From Pelomyxa schiedti (Eukaryota; Protista; Evosea), in NCBI GenBank assembly GCA_020536535.1, contig JAHLWZ010000255.1:1-45301 (forward strand): a DNA stretch of 45,301 nt, given 5' to 3'. Below are positions 1 to 11,943 of this stretch, in pieces; position 1 is the first letter of the stretch; every line of letters starts with the position of its first letter. The notes beneath the pieces are model-generated. The model was not told the origin of the DNA, searched no databases, and saw only the letters and a list, made by a program, of their open reading frames with translations. Position numbers and translations under genes: made by a program.

Positions 1-869
1 AGTAACTTCTTTCTCCTGGGTTGTACGAGGAATCACTACTGTTATCTGGTGTAATGGTTGAGGAATGTAAACAGGAAGAAGAGAAATTTGGAGTCAGAGC
101 TCACTTTTCCGTCATATAATGACGCTTCTGTAACATACTCGATCTTAACTGTTGCTTTTTTATTTGGTGGCAAATTTCCAATGCTCATAGTAAACACCTT
201 TAGCTCCTCTATAGTATCAAAACAAAAGAAAAAAGCCTCGTTTATAAGTTATAGTCGCCGTCGGGTGCTAAATGTCACCCACGACAAAAAAAATGAAAGG
301 GGCGGACGCCAGGCTGCTCATTTAATAGAATTTCAATACCTAGGAATTTGAGAACAAGGATTCTGCACCAGTAGAGGCTACATATGAATTTGTGTTACAA
401 GAGAATGCCACTGTCTGTGCATTCACTGCAAGTACGTGACCCTTGGGGTTGGATTTTTTGCATTTATGAAAGCACTTAGACATTGATGGGAAGGATATAA
501 AGGGAAAGATAATGGAAAAAGAAGCTGCCAGGGACCGCTATGACAACGCAATAGCATCTGGTGGCGGGGGATACCTCCTGGAGGAGTCAAAAAAGCGTAC
601 CATCCTTGTTCTAATTTTTCTCTTCAATTGATTTTTTTTTTTTTTTGTTTTGATACTATAGAGGAGCTAAAGGTGTTTACTATGAGCATTGGAAATTTGC
701 CACCAAATAAAAAAGCAACAGTTAAGATCGAGTATGTTACAGAAGCAGCATTATATGACGGAAAAGTGAGCTCTGACTCCAAATTTCTCTTCTTCCTGTT
801 TACATTCCTCAACCATTACACCAGATAACAGTAGTGATTCCTCGTACAACCCAGGAGAAAGAAGTTACT
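1..869. repeat. Inverted repeat: 1-234 is the reverse complement of 636-869 (probable amplification/assembly chimera)
   Basis: Direct comparison. The arms are identical except at 122-123 and one base of the A-tract (228). The left arm is an antisense copy of VIT exon/intron sequence, and the right arm ends exactly at the N-gap. Confidence 0.9.
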
Positions 870-3800
870 NNNNNNNNNNNNNNNNNNNNNNNNNNNNNNN
901 NNNNNNNNNNNNNNNNNNNNNNNNNNNNNNNNNNNNNNNNNNNNNNNNNNNNNNNNNNNNNNNNNNNNNCATTATATGACGGAAAAGTGAGCTCTGACTC
1001 CAAATTTCTCTTCTTCCTGTTTACATTCCTCAACCATTACACCAGATAACAGTAGTGATTCCTCGTACAACCCAGGAGAAAGAAGTTACTTCTTCCTTCC
1101 CAAGGCAACTTATTTTCAACATGTCTGCTCGTTTTGGTAAGCTTATCATATTCTTTCTCCAATAATAAAATTTAGACATGTCCCAACCAATTTTGGACAT
1201 AACATCCTTGAATCACGAGTTTTCTATTTTTATGACAAGTGAAACATCAGCAATGGCTACATTGATGACCTCCAACGTAACACGACCTTGTGACATTGAA
1301 TTATTCATTAGACTTCGTTCACCTCAAAACATGTTTGTTTATGACATGTTTATCTATCCTCACATTCGAAGGCCTCTGTACCAGATACAGCAACAAGAAA
1401 ATGAGAAAGTAATTGCTGTATCATTTGCTCCTAATGTCGACGGTTTTCCTTCTTCGTCTGAGAATTGGTTTTTTCTTTTAACATTTACCCTAGGGTCACC
1501 CGTCCTGGAGATGTTCATGCTTATTGACTGCTCTGGCAGTATGCAGGGAGAAAGTATCCTCAAAGGTATTTCTGGTTTTTTTACATTGTATCTCAAATTC
1601 GGGCAGCCAAAGAGACACTCGAGAATTTCCTTCACAAGTTTTTCTTTACTATTATTCTGGTTTACCAAGTTTTTTTAGGCTTCCCCCCTCTACTTTATTC
1701 AACATAGTTGTTTTTGGATCGAATCACCGGTTTTTATTCAGTAGTAGCATGGAATACTCCCCAGAAACACTACGAATTGCTCTTGATAATGTGAAGGGAA
1801 TTCAAGCTGATATGGGTGTGTTCTTACTCATCCTACCCCCTTTCACCTTTTTCAGGGGGTACTGAACTTCTCCAACCTCTGCAGGCGATTTTTGCGGTTT
1901 AGAAAGTTTCGCAATCTTCTTTTTTTTTTAAATTTATTTAGAGGAAACCAAGAGAAGGGATACCACAACAAGTACCTTAGTCTTTTTTCTTTTCCCCTCC
2001 CCCAACTTCTTCTAGATTTTCATTTTAACAGATGGACAAGGTTATTTACCTTTGTTAAATAATTCTAAATGCACTATAGTCGATTTAAGGGATCAATGCA
2101 TTCAACTTGTTCGTTCACATGCTCGCACTACCAGAGTGTTTACTTTTGGGATTGGAACTGTATTTCACTTTCGTCAAATAATATTTTTTTCCCACAAATT
2201 AATGAGGGAGTCGATGTAGACTTGGTCAGAGGGCTAGCCAAAGCGGGAGAAGGAAGGTGTGAAATTATAACCGACACCAGTTCCATGCCAGAGAGGGTTA
2301 TGAGTCAACTTAATGCCTCACTTAAACCTGCTCTATCTGAAGTAACTGCCCTACTACTACTTCAAATCCCTTATATATCCAGTTGTCATGCTCTTGGGGA
2401 TCGTTAGATGTTGCACAAGCTCCGTTCATATTGCCTCCCTTGTATTCAGGCTCGCGGTTTGTTGTATACGGCCTTCTTAGGAGCCCTGTATTTTTTTCTT
2501 GCAAGTGTAATAAAAATCTTATCCCAGTAGATTACCTCAGAAAGTGATGTTGTGTTGTCCGCTAGAGTTACCAATAGACCAATTTCATTAACTGTTCGAG
2601 TTTCTCCGACAAGAGTGACAACAGGCACCCATATCTTCAAACTTTTTGCTCGAGCTTTATTGCGGTTACACCGTTTCCTTGGTAAATTTGTCGTAATTTG
2701 TTCTCTTCCAGGGACCTAGAAGAGGGAAGAAGTTACATGCACAACGGCTCAATACTCCCAGACGTTGCTAAGAGGGAAGCCATCCAAGTATCTCGCAAGT
2801 ACATACTTTCCTTGTGGTTTTTCTTTTGTTCATTCCCGTAGGTATAATGTACTATCATCTTACACATCCTTTGTTGCTGTAGAATCTCGTACAGAAGCAG
2901 TTGCAGCCACAATGAAACTGAAAACTGTTGCTATTGGGCAAATTCCCCCCACAAGCAGTGAGCCCCTTCCCATGAACAAATTACAATGAAAACTGCTGAT
3001 ACTAACTGATAAATAGCAACTAATTCGCTGTTTTGTTTTGGATCTGTGTCAATGGCACCATCAGCAATTCCAGGTTCTCACCAGCCACTTTGTGACTTGT
3101 TCAGTGCTCCGCCACCACCACGGCCGAGTTTCAATGCTGACCCTTTTATGCCATCCCCAATGCAACCCGGAATGGGCATGGGACTGTCATCTGGACCACT
3201 TTTTGGAATGCCACAAGGAATGCCTCCTACTGCGCATCCTCAAATGTACCCTGCAGCAAGTTTTGCTTGTACCCCGAGTATTCCAGCCATGCTCCCTATC
3301 CAACCTACACCCTTTGCCTTTTCCCAACAACAACAACAACAACAACAACAACTACAACTACCACTACAACAAACACCATGCGACCGTATTCTTGCACTAG
3401 TGAGCCCGACGGGGCTATGGAACTCTTCGTCCGAAGTACTGGTAGGCTCCATGTATTTTTCCCTCCCAACAAAACCAAAATAGAGATTACTTGGACTGGA
3501 TGTTTTTCTTCTATTCACTCCGCGAGAGTTACAGAGCATACCTAATCCCGATGCTGTATATATTACTTGTATCGTATGTCTTTACCTAAGAAAGAAATTC
3601 CCCACTGAGCAGGTATGATTGTCTGTAGAAGTGATAAAGACTCCCCGATAACGAATCAAATAACCACCAAAATCAAGGCCAAATGGAACGCCGCAGTTAA
3701 CAAAGCACTGACCGTTGTGACTTCAGCCACTGCTTCTCTTCCCAAACAGCTAATTCCGCTTGTGTGCACTCAAGGTCACGCCTTGCGATTGATGAGTTAC

Positions 3801-4101
3801 ACCGAATTACTGTCCGAGAATCGGGGCTACACCGCCGGGTATCTTCCCACTAAATTCCCTGGACTCCACAACCGCCGCAAGGCAAAACCCACACAGCCAA
3901 AAATCCTTCCCCGTCCCAACACTAACAGTCACCAAAAGATTCGTGTGTGACCTGTGCTTCTCCCCCAGTGGCCCGGCATTCCCAACAGTGTACCACTGTT
4001 CCCCATGCACATTTGACCTCTGTGTATCCTGTGTCAATGGTGGAACCCCCTCTGCTGTGCACCTCGCACGAAAATGCCTCGTTGACAACCACCTTGTCTG
4101 A
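344..4101 (+). CDS. VIT + von Willebrand A domain protein (VWA5A-like) with Pro/Gln-rich linker and C-terminal ZZ/DC1-like zinc finger; ~21 introns; 5' end missing
   Basis: Spliced translation: EFENKDSAPVEATYEF...IKGKIMEKEAARDRYDNAIASG...VFTMSIGNLPP (VIT). vWA motifs LIDCSGSM (MIDAS), FNIVVFGS, ADMGGTE, IFILTDGQV, RVFTFGIG. YNVLSSYTSFVAVE. Ends GFVCDLC..YHCSPCTFDLCVSC..ARKCLVDNHLV* (TGA 4099-4101). Confidence 0.92.
749..1090. other. Scaffold gap (N 870-969) flanked by an exact 121-nt direct duplication (749-869 = 970-1090)
   Basis: Identical sequence on both sides of 100 N. Collapsing it restores the VIT-vWA reading frame. Confidence 0.93.
3325..3372 (+). repeat. (CAA)n microsatellite encoding poly-Gln
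   Basis: caacaacaacaa... in frame within the VIT-vWA linker exon (QQQQQQQQQLQLPLQQ). Confidence 0.9.
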
Positions 4102-4277
4102 GAATCACTTCTAAACTAGCAGTTTCTTCCTTTTTTTTTTTAGCTTGGTGTTTATCTGAGTTCTTAGGCGAAAAACGGAATGTCAAAAAGAGTGTGGCAT
4201 CTTTATTTCCCTGCAGCGAACCAACCGAAAAACAAAAAGACAGGAAAAGCACAATAAAAAAAAAACCACTGGGGACA

Positions 4278-7230
4278 ATGTCGGCTACGCACAACTTCCG
4301 AGAGTTGCCGACGTTGCTGAGCAACAAGTTCTGCAAGGAATGTGGTAATCTGGTTAACAAGTACGACACGACTGGAATGACGCCAGATCGCGTGGACGAG
4401 ATGCGGCGGGCCAAGCAACTCATTAGCGTGTGCGAGCTGTGCAACAACTACGCGCACACCTGGTGTGTAGGCGTACTTTCTCATTTTATCGCATGCCCCG
4501 GTGGGGCCTCTAGGGGCCTTGGCCTCTCATCTGATACGGGCACGTCCGGCTCTGGGGCTCGACAGAAATTGAGTGCGGTTGCTCATTTTGAAAACCTGGC
4601 GCAGAAGTCGGCACCGCAACCACAGCAGGTTGGGCGAGGTGCCGGAGCCGCTAGACTACAAAAATTTGGGGGGTCTTCCACAGTACAGACAGTACCAACA
4701 CAGCAAATCCCAAAATCTGCCTCAGCAACGCAGTTACGCGGCACTGTTAGAGTGGTCACGGCGTCTATTCACAGTACAGCTGTGATACACTCACATCCCA
4801 CATCCACACCCAATACTACTCCAAAAAAAGATATCCCTACCACTCCATCCCAGATTGTTTCCATCTCAAAACCTACTAGTACAACTTCACAAGAACTGGC
4901 AACCCAGCCAAACCCCGAAGCATTAAATCAAAGCACACCACCACACACCACACCACAACAAGAAGCGCAGAATAAAACCGAAGTACAACCAATCTTGGAG
5001 GCAAAGTCGAATTTAGACCAGCCGCTACAGCCACAGCCACAACCACAACCACAGCCACAAATGCAGCAACCCGAGCAAGCTCCAACAAAAATGGAGCCTG
5101 ATTCGCATTCAGAAATAAAAAAAAAAGAAGTGGAACCAGAGCCGGTATTTAAGCAAGAATCACAATCAAAACCATCCAACGAGCCACAAGTAGAAATCCC
5201 ACAAAAACAAGAAATGGAGACACCACAGGTTACAGAATCCGACACCCCATTAGAAGCCCCGCATCAAACAGTACCTGAACAGCCTCTTCAACCAACACCT
5301 GTTTTAGAAACAAGTTCAACTGTGGAGCGTGAGACACCCTCACAAGAAGAACGCGAGCCAGACCCAAAAGTGGAAGAAATACAACCAACTCTGAAAACAG
5401 CACCCCAAGTACTACCAGAAGCACCAGTCAGCCAACCATCGGAGCAGCTCTCACAGGAGGTTCACCCACCTCAAGTTGCAGAAAAAGAACAAGTGGAACA
5501 GAATGCATGCCAGGAGGTGCATCAGGAAGACCCTCAAAACCCAGAAACAGAACGCCTCAAAGACGAAGTACCTGAGACATCCCAAGAAAACGACCACCTT
5601 AACAGCAATGATGTACCACCCAAAACTGGATCAAGTGTCGCAGCACCTGAAACCGAAATAGCGTCCATGCCTAATGCTGATACAGATGGTGACACAATCA
5701 AACGAACTTCGAAACATAAGCATAAATCACGTGATACGGCTCCCTCTGAGCCTCAATCTATTTCCCCAGTAGAACAGCCTCCCTCTGATCAGATCCCCGA
5801 GGAAGGGCAGGATATTCCAAAGGAACCAGAAGAGCAATTGCCGCAGGTTTCCGATGTTACTCCCACTCCGGAAAAACCCCAGAAGCATCGTCACAGGCAT
5901 AAATCATGCTCACCTACTCCTGTGGAGCCAGAACCTGCAGCTCCTATTGAACAACCAGTTCAAGAAGAACACCACAAGTCAAGGAGACTTAGACACCACC
6001 ACACAACAGCACTTGTACACTCAGAGGGAGCAATGGAACCAACTTCAACTGTTACAACACGAAGTCATGCACACAGGTCACGCTCCCTACAAGTTGAAAC
6101 TGAGATGGATATTATGAATGCAGCTGCTGTACTCTTCTTTTTGTCTCAACTGTGTCTCACAACAAACAAAATATAAAAAAAGCTTCGCATTCAACGAGCC
6201 TATCGAGGATGGCGTTTTGTATGTTATGTAAGAACAGCAGCAGCCAAGGTAAGATTGAAGAGGAACGTTGTCCACGAATTGTTATCTACTGAAGAATCGT
6301 ACAAACTTCAACTCATCGCTCTCAACAACGATTTCTATTCTCCTCTGGCATCATCGAAAATTCTTGATACTGAAACTCTTGTAAGAAACACCTTGACTTC
6401 TCATCAGTTTAACAATAACCGAACTTAGGACAACCTCTTTCCTGCGATAGAAGATATCTATGTTCACCATCTCATCTTCTCGCAGAAGCTCAAGGCGGTT
6501 GTTGAAACATGGAAACCAACCTCAGATATATATCCTCCTCTGATATTCCTGTTGGACAAACCAGAGCTCATTGAATGCTACCAAAAATTTATCACATCAC
6601 ACCAAATGAACCAGAAGCACCTTGCCACCCTTTACAAAGAAAATAAGCGTTTCAGAGAGTTCATTGACACAAGAAGGAGCCCCAACATGGGGTCTGGAAT
6701 GATGTATCTGAATAGTCTCTTGATTACTCTGGTCCAGAGACTGCCTCGATACAAACTCATGTTCAGGGACCTTGAAAAGTATCTTCCCTTTAAAGTTTTA
6801 TTGGTCAAAAAGGTTTACACAATGCTTATGGTAATGTTTCTAGGGCCTCCTGTCCATGGAGCGAGGATGTTACTCAGCTCCCACAGATCATTCAACAAAT
6901 GCATGCCTTCACACTAGAGGTGAATAAAAAAGCTGGAGAGGCACGTGATCACAACTTTGAGAAAGCCTTCTTCAAATCCCCACAGTGGTGTTCCAAATGT
7001 TACAAACTCCTCTTTGGGTGTGTCTCTAAACTCCTTGTTTGCACCATCACTGACTTTATTCCAGGCTTGGAACCAACGGCCTGAGGTGTTCTTCGTGTGG
7101 TGTTGTAGCCCACTTCAAATGTCACCTCAGTTTCCATGGGGACTGTGGCCTCACAGACCTACGAGGCTCTGTTGAAATCAACCTCGCCGAGTCCTGCTCT
7201 ATTGGGGGTGCATTGAGGAAAAAGAGTTAA
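4278..7230 (+). CDS. RhoGEF (DH domain) with N- and C-terminal C1 zinc fingers, long P/Q/E/T-rich disordered linker and IQ motif
   Basis: N-terminal HNF..CKEC..CELCNNYAHTWC..C. IQ motif AAALRIQRAYRGWR. DH motifs RNVVHELLSTEESY, LNSLLITLVQRLPRYKLMFRDL. C-terminal C1 HNFEKAFFKSPQWCSKC..GLRCSSCGVVAHFKCHLSFHGDC. Stop TAA 7228-7230. Confidence 0.9.
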
Positions 7231-7293
7231 ACTCTACTCACTCTAAAAAGAGTAAAATAAAAGTGAACCCCGGTATTATTTTTATTTGCTCCC

Positions 7294-8719
7294 TTATTCT
7301 CTTTTCCCCTGTGGCTGATTATAAGACGCACAACACTGCCTTATAAACTCACAACAAAACCCATCAGCCCAGGAATCACGTGGCTTGAACAAGGAGTCCC
7401 ATTTTTTGTTCCACTCAATCCAGCCACAGTGGCCTCCCTTTTTAGTAACAGCAACTATTGTGGATGGCAAGAGTCCCTTGTTCAGCATTTCGAGTACATC
7501 ATTGAGGCTATCTTGTGGTATCATGGGGTCATCGGCAGCAGACAGGAGCAGCAGCGGAATTCTGGCTTGTGGTAGTTTGTAGATACATGAGTGTGCTTTG
7601 TAGTACTCTGCCGGGTTTTTGTAGCCCCATACATTGCATGAGGCTACTGCATCGAATTGCAGGACAGTGCGGGCGTGAAGTGCTGCGTCAGCGTCAATGG
7701 TTGGATGGAATTTCCGCAAGGCGTCTTCGTGTCTCCTGCCGTACTTGACCAAGCCTCTTGCAAGGTGTGCTTCGTACACTTTGCGGCGGAAGGGGGAGCT
7801 GTTGAGGCAGTCGCTGCCTTTCACCAAGTCATATGGGTTGCTTACCGAAATGGCACATGTAAGGACGCAAGACGCGCCTTCTTCACACACGTAATTGGTG
7901 AGAATGTTGGATCCAAGGGAATAGCCAACGCCGGCTAGTTTGCGATTTGGATAGTTCTCGTGCACATGTTTAACAGCTTCCCGGAAATCCCAAGGACCTC
8001 CTGCACTGTATGTTTTCCCGGTTAGCAGTTTAGACCCTATATGTAAGTCAAGGAAAAACCAACGTTGCCAATCAGGCAAAATACCAGCGGCGCCTCTGTA
8101 ATTAGTCACAACTCCTATCATCCCAGAATTGCGCAAAGCGATGACAAAGTGCATAATATAATTCTCCCTTGAACCTCCATTCATCCCTGTACCGACGCAT
8201 CATACACAAAAGTTAATAACATTAAACCACGGGAGATATATCTTCTTACAGACAAGAAGAACTAGGCACACCGTGCAGAATCATCACGATGGGCTTGTCT
8301 CCCTTCTGCTGATCCTCGGCGGCCTTGTCCCAGTCCAAGGCCAGCTCCCCTCCGTCGCTCAGGGGTATCACCTCCCTCCTGTACTCCACGAAGGGGCGCG
8401 GCCTCATCACTGCGAGCGCGATGGACTGCGCGTGCCCCGAGACCAGCCACGGCACGGGCCAGAATGCGTGGGCCCGCGCCCAGTGGTGCATGCAGTCCAG
8501 CACCATCCGGGGCACCGTGCACGTCACTCCCCTGGGAGGCGCCTCCTCCCCCTCCCCGGTGCCGCTGCTGCTGCCGCCGGTACCGCATGGGGAGCCAAGG
8601 GCCCGGGAGGCGGGGAAGGAGGGGCGAGGGCTGTGGTGCAGCTGGACGCGAGAGACCGCGAAAAGGAAGTAGTAGGCCACGTAGGCGCACACCAAGACCG
8701 CCAGCGCCGCTCCAATCAT
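7294..8719 (-). CDS. Alpha/beta hydrolase, ABHD1/2/3-Eht1/YheT family, with N-terminal membrane anchor
   Basis: GHAQS, LSDGGELALDW, MILHG, GGSRENY, NYRG, nucleophile GYSLG, ADDP, GGHCGW. Hydrophobic N-terminus MIGAALAVLVCAYVAYYFLF. Confidence 0.93.
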
Positions 8720-9145
8720 CGATCGTGAACTTGAATTCGGTGGATGTGTGTTCTTCTTGTCTTTTCTGTAAGTTCGTGCATTGAACCTGTGACATGGTTT
8801 CCAAGGGACACATCAAGAATGTTTGTCCATTCACAGCCATAGAGGAGGAGCACTGAGAGTCTCCTGGTTGTTGGTATGTGTGGAGCACAGTAACCTTGCT
8901 ATCAAGGACCCACCAGGCCATGTTAATGATGAGTTGCAACCTTCCAATGATCAGAATCCGAGTGAGGAAGCCCAAGTTGCTCCCGCCACGGTTTTGGGTT
9001 TTACGATTGTGGGGTTGGTTACTGACGTTTGTACTCACAACCCTAAACAAGCCCAATTGGACGTCTTTGGGGATAATCAGATTATTTATGCGATGGTGCT
9101 GTTGGCAAAACAAAGGCGAGAAAAACAAAGGGGGCAGGCACATAA

Positions 9146-11805
9146 ATGTTCCCCCAATGCTACATACTAGCATTCCTTGTTCTACTGACAACTGCCTCAT
9201 GGACACCTCCTGATTCCCCCCAATTACCACAAGCTTGGTCTCCCAGCACCCCCGCCACGTCCACATTTTACTGGGAGCGTTTCCATCTGCCCCCACGCCA
9301 ACACCCACCAGTCCCACAATTAGCATCCCACAATTCCCCCCACGCCGGCCCAGTGAGCCTAGCATGCCCACTGTCCAACTTCACCACCGCGATGATTGCC
9401 AACAGCGGGCACCGTGTCAACGACATTGGCGACTACCGGCGCTGCATGTCCAGCGACGATTCGAATTTCTGCCTGCTGCAGGTGATTCCGTCGTGGCCGC
9501 TAATGTCACTCGGAATGTGTGTTCCATCACAGTGCAGCCACGACATGGTTCTGTTGTCTTTGGACCAAATCGTAGGCCGCTTGGTTGGCTCAAATGTCAG
9601 CTTCCCTAATGGGTCACTTGCTTGTCACATGGGTACATACATTGATGATATCCCACCACACACGAAGATAGATAATATGGGGTAATTCTTGGAGGAATGC
9701 TAATTCTTTCTTGAACTATTCTACTTAGACACTACTGATGGAGAGCGAGCTGGAATGCTCACTGTTAGTTCAGTTTGGGCGATACTATTACTATTCGCTG
9801 TTGTGGGAACAACTTGGGAGCTTATTATACCCTACCTGTCAAAAACATCAGTTTCAAAGTTCATTGAAACATCTCCTGAAGAGGAATTACTTGTTCAAGG
9901 TTGCTCACGCAATACACTGGTCCCAACTAATACACTTAGTTGAGACTGACGAACCCCACGCAGTTGTTGCAGCTCCAAACAAAATAGCCAAATTATTGTA
10001 TCGATTCTTCAAATGTTGGAGTGCCACAGCAAACTTCAATCGCTTGATTACTATTCCTGAACGCATATCCAGTACAGATGTGCTTAATGGAATACGCGTC
10101 ATAAGTATTGTCTGGGTATGCTACTCACAATGAAAAATTAACTAACAGGACTTTTTATCCTTTAGATTATAATGGGGCACGCTGTTGTAAGTGAATCTCC
10201 ACAATTGTATCACCACTGATCCCTTATTTTTTAGTCCTTGCCCATCAACCCAGGTCCAGGATACATTGACATGAAGTATACTACTTCCTACTTCTATCAG
10301 CTCTGACCAACCAAGGTGGATGATGGATGAACTTATTCCGAGTTATGCATTTGGTAGTTTTATATATCCTGGAATTTATGGTGTGGACACTTTTTTCTTT
10401 ATGAGCGGGTTTCTTGTTGCACACTTGCTTCTTCAGGAAATGGAAAAAACGGTAAAACAGTCTGTATTTTTGATGATCTAAGATATTCAACAGAATAAGA
10501 AGCATCCCAATTATTTGTTGTTATTCTTCCATAGAATATGGCGATTATCTCCATGTTACTATATTATTGTATTCACCTTTTGGTTTATCATGCCGTATGG
10601 TAGCACCTTAGCTTTCCTTCTTCTTAGTTTTATACAGATTTATGGCTTCTAGTCCTTTTTGGCCAAAGTGCATGTCTGCCTTCAGACTATGCAATGATTA
10701 CTGGTGGACCAATTTGTTGTACATTAACAATTACTTCGGAAATGGTGAAGAATGTGCAGGTTACCTTATTGTCTATTTTATGCTTCCTAATGTTGTAATA
10801 CACCATCACCATATAGGCTGGACATGGTATCTTGCTTGTGATATGCAAATGTTTTTGCTATCCATTGCGTATATAGTTACGTTTCGGCACAATAGGATAG
10901 TGTCTGCATGTGCGGTTTTTATTACCGCACTTGTTAGCATTGGTACTTCCCAAAACATTTCCCTTCTCAACTAAACTGGAAAAGCTATGATGGGAGGATT
11001 CACATACAACCCGACGGAGATTAGCAATTATACTGCTACGTACAATCGACTGGCACCGTATTTCTTTGGAATCTTATTGGCATACTCACTGCGAGTCGAC
11101 AAGATTACGCAACTCACCAATATACATTGGCTGAGGTGGTGCTGCTACATTCTAAGTGGCGGCTTTTTGTACAGCCTTGTATACCTGAACTATAAATCTA
11201 CTGTGAATTCATTTCAAGGTACATCTTGGAAAGCAGCAGGATTGGCTGCATTTGCAGTATGTTTCCACAAAAGAAATTTCCACTCTCACCTGGAGAAAGG
11301 CATACCAAGAATTTGCCTGGGGTGTGGGATTAATCTTACTTCTGAGGCCAATGATGGCTGGACATGGCGGCATAGTTAAGGACTTCTTGTGTGCTTTTTT
11401 TGTTGCCTTTTACTTTAATTTAATCATAAAACCAGATCGGCTCGCCTTTGGACTCCCCTGGCACGACTCACATTTGGGGCATATCTGACACATTGTATTT
11501 CCCATTTTCATCTGTCATAAAACGTTTTGTGACATTACTATAGGTATGAACGTTGTTCTCTATCCAAGTTCCTTGCAACAGCTCTATGAGGTACCCACTC
11601 TATTTATTTCATTCAATCTCACCAACCCACATAATAGTGGGGCAACATGCAATTCTTTGTTATGATCACAGCAGACACCTCCATCGCATTTTCTCTTTCC
11701 CTGGCAATGTACTTGCTATTAGAAAAACCGCTAATGAACTTGGAGGCACTCATTTTACCTTCCCGTTCCACTGAAACAAATAAAAGGAAAAAAGGAGAAT
11801 TGTGA
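9146..11805 (+). CDS. Acyltransferase-3 family protein with N-terminal NRF domain (NRF-6/OACYL-like), multi-exon
   Basis: Signal peptide. Cys-rich NRF-like GDYRRC..FC..GMCVPSQCS. Spliced motifs LNGIRVISIVWIIMGH, GVDTFFFMSGFLV, HRIWRLSP, WWTNLLYINNY, WTWYLACDMQMF, RLAPYFFGI, YLLLEKP. Stop TGA 11803-11805. Confidence 0.92.
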
Positions 11806-11943
11806 AAAAAAACAAAGTTTTTTGCCCTCATCAAGCACCAAAAGAGGGGAGTTCCTTCCAAACAAAAAAAAGGGAAGGAGGGTTTGGGTCTGCAGGATCC
11901 AAAACAGCAAAAATGTCTTTGTACATACAGATACAAGTCAAAC

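Noticed and set aside
58-351. 97-aa ORF repeated as 624..812 and 809..1033
   Set aside because: Antisense translation of VIT exon/intron sequence, produced by the inverted and gap duplications.
8262-9371. 369-aa minus-strand ORF overlapping ABHD and acyltransferase starts
   Set aside because: Off-frame/antisense shadow through GC-rich sequence, with no recognisable motifs.
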